Assembly (NCBI GenBank): GCA_973895155.1
Contig: OZ316895.1
Location: 22,952,558 to 23,016,557 of the forward strand
Reading direction: 5' to 3'
Origin: Marsupella aquatica
Lineage: Eukaryota > Plantae > Marchantiophyta
DNA length: 64,000 nt
Shown here: positions 62,900 through 64,000 of the stretch, one piece after another
Layout of the letters: the number at the start of each line of letters is the position of its first letter
How positions within the stretch are numbered: the first letter of the stretch is position 1
The notes under the pieces: generated by a model
What the model was told of the DNA's origin: nothing
What the model saw: the letters and a program-made list of their open reading frames with translations, nothing else
Database searches by the model: none
Position numbers and translations under genes: made by a program

Positions 62900-64000
62900 G
62901 TAAGTGCTCAGTGAACTTTTTCTGCATCGTGGCTCAGATTTCCGAGCTCACTTTTTTTTTGGAATTCTTCGAGTGTTGCTGTTTGTTTCCTTTCGTTGAT
63001 TGCTTTTCACAACACGATGCAAATCTACCCACGAAAGAGAGCAGCAAAGCATCATTCTGTCTCATGACAATGCTTGCGCAATGCTTGCGCAAAGCCTTAT
63101 GTTCCTCACCTCAGCTGTGAGATACTCCATGACTGCCAAGGAAACCGGAGCACCAGCTCCACATTCTTTTCGGTCTGAAGGAACCGATCAATCCTTCCGA
63201 TGGAGAGCTGGAGGATGGTACTCTGGACCCTGACACGGCGTTCTACCCTTCGATCAGAGAAACCTGAATGCAAGTAGACCGGATCCACAAGTTCACTAGT
63301 GGGGGGACGGGAAATATGGTATTCACACCCAATCACATATTGTGAAACCCCGTATTTACAGAGCTCGACATTACATCGAAAACCATCGAAGTGCTCTGCT
63401 ATGTTATCGTCCTTTTAGTGAAGGATCAATAATTGGAGGAGTGGTTCTATTAAAGTTGTTTTCAAAATCATTTTGTTCGTTTTTGACGAACGACTCACAA
63501 GCTGGGGAGTACCTGCATGCCAGTCGAGTTGAGTGTTGGTGCTTACCTTTCTGGAGGAGCAACAAAGTGGGGAGCTTCTGGATGAACTTTGAGCTCAGCC
63601 GTGTTATATTCCTTCAATAGAGGACCAACACGGAAAGGAAGATGTTCTCCTTGGTGGAATCTGCGGATTGTGACAATTCTACACTTCTCGAAACTCTCGC
63701 TATAAATCTGAAGTTGCCTTGCTACAATGGCAGCCTTTTCATTCCAAACCCTCTGCATTTCCATCCAAATTGCCACAATTTCCGCTTCCTGTAGCCTGTT
63801 CCTTCGCCTCCTTAGAAGTTCCGGTGCACAGTGTGACACAAGACCACGCCTACGACAATTGCAAGTCTTTGCGATAGTCATGGATCACGACTTCCCTTGC
63901 AGCAATAAATGAATGGGTCACATTCCCCCCAACCACCGTTTCTTGTAGTGTATGAGTTGGTGTGTGCCGGAAGTCACTATGGCCAGGATGTTTCCTCGTT

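Noticed and set aside
62705-63400. Telomerase RNA or box C/D snoRNA
   Set aside because: AAACCCTAA is explained as a telo-box, and no canonical box C (RTGATGA) was found in the intron.
62582-63950. Pack-CACTA enclosing RPS13 exon 1 (cactaaaaaaacg ... tttcttgtagtg)
   Set aside because: The TIR match is weak and the 3-bp flanks differ (tgc vs tat). The left motif belongs to a repeat also seen at ~38760.

Overview
Eukaryotic, repeat-rich plant nuclear DNA with GT-AG introns. The gene set and style suggest a bryophyte such as a liverwort (inference). Host genes: an intronless SDR110C-type short-chain dehydrogenase with a 5'-truncated pseudogene duplicate; a 6-exon HhH-GPD DNA glycosylase with a long N-terminal extension; an ankyrin-repeat/PGG transmembrane gene split by a 1-nt frameshift; an ELF4-like clock gene; an intronless PAXX-like NHEJ factor; and exon 1 of ribosomal protein S13. 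Mobile DNA: a full-length Ty1/copia element nested antisense in a related solo LTR, two further solo LTRs, two MULE-type TIR elements with 10-bp TSDs, MITEs, Helitron remnants, and two inverted copies of a 1.5-kb TIR element. Most notable: (1) a ~3.8-kb decayed reading frame at ~39.2-43.0 kb whose motif order matches the capping and methyltransferase half of a negative-strand RNA virus L protein, a likely endogenous viral element; (2) a 2.3-kb fold-back of the 5' end of a SWIM/MULE transposase-like gene resembling maize Mu killer; (3) an in-frame UGA plus stem-loop between copia gag and pol, and repeated antisense insertion of this LTR family into its own LTRs. All homologies were recognised by eye and need database confirmation.
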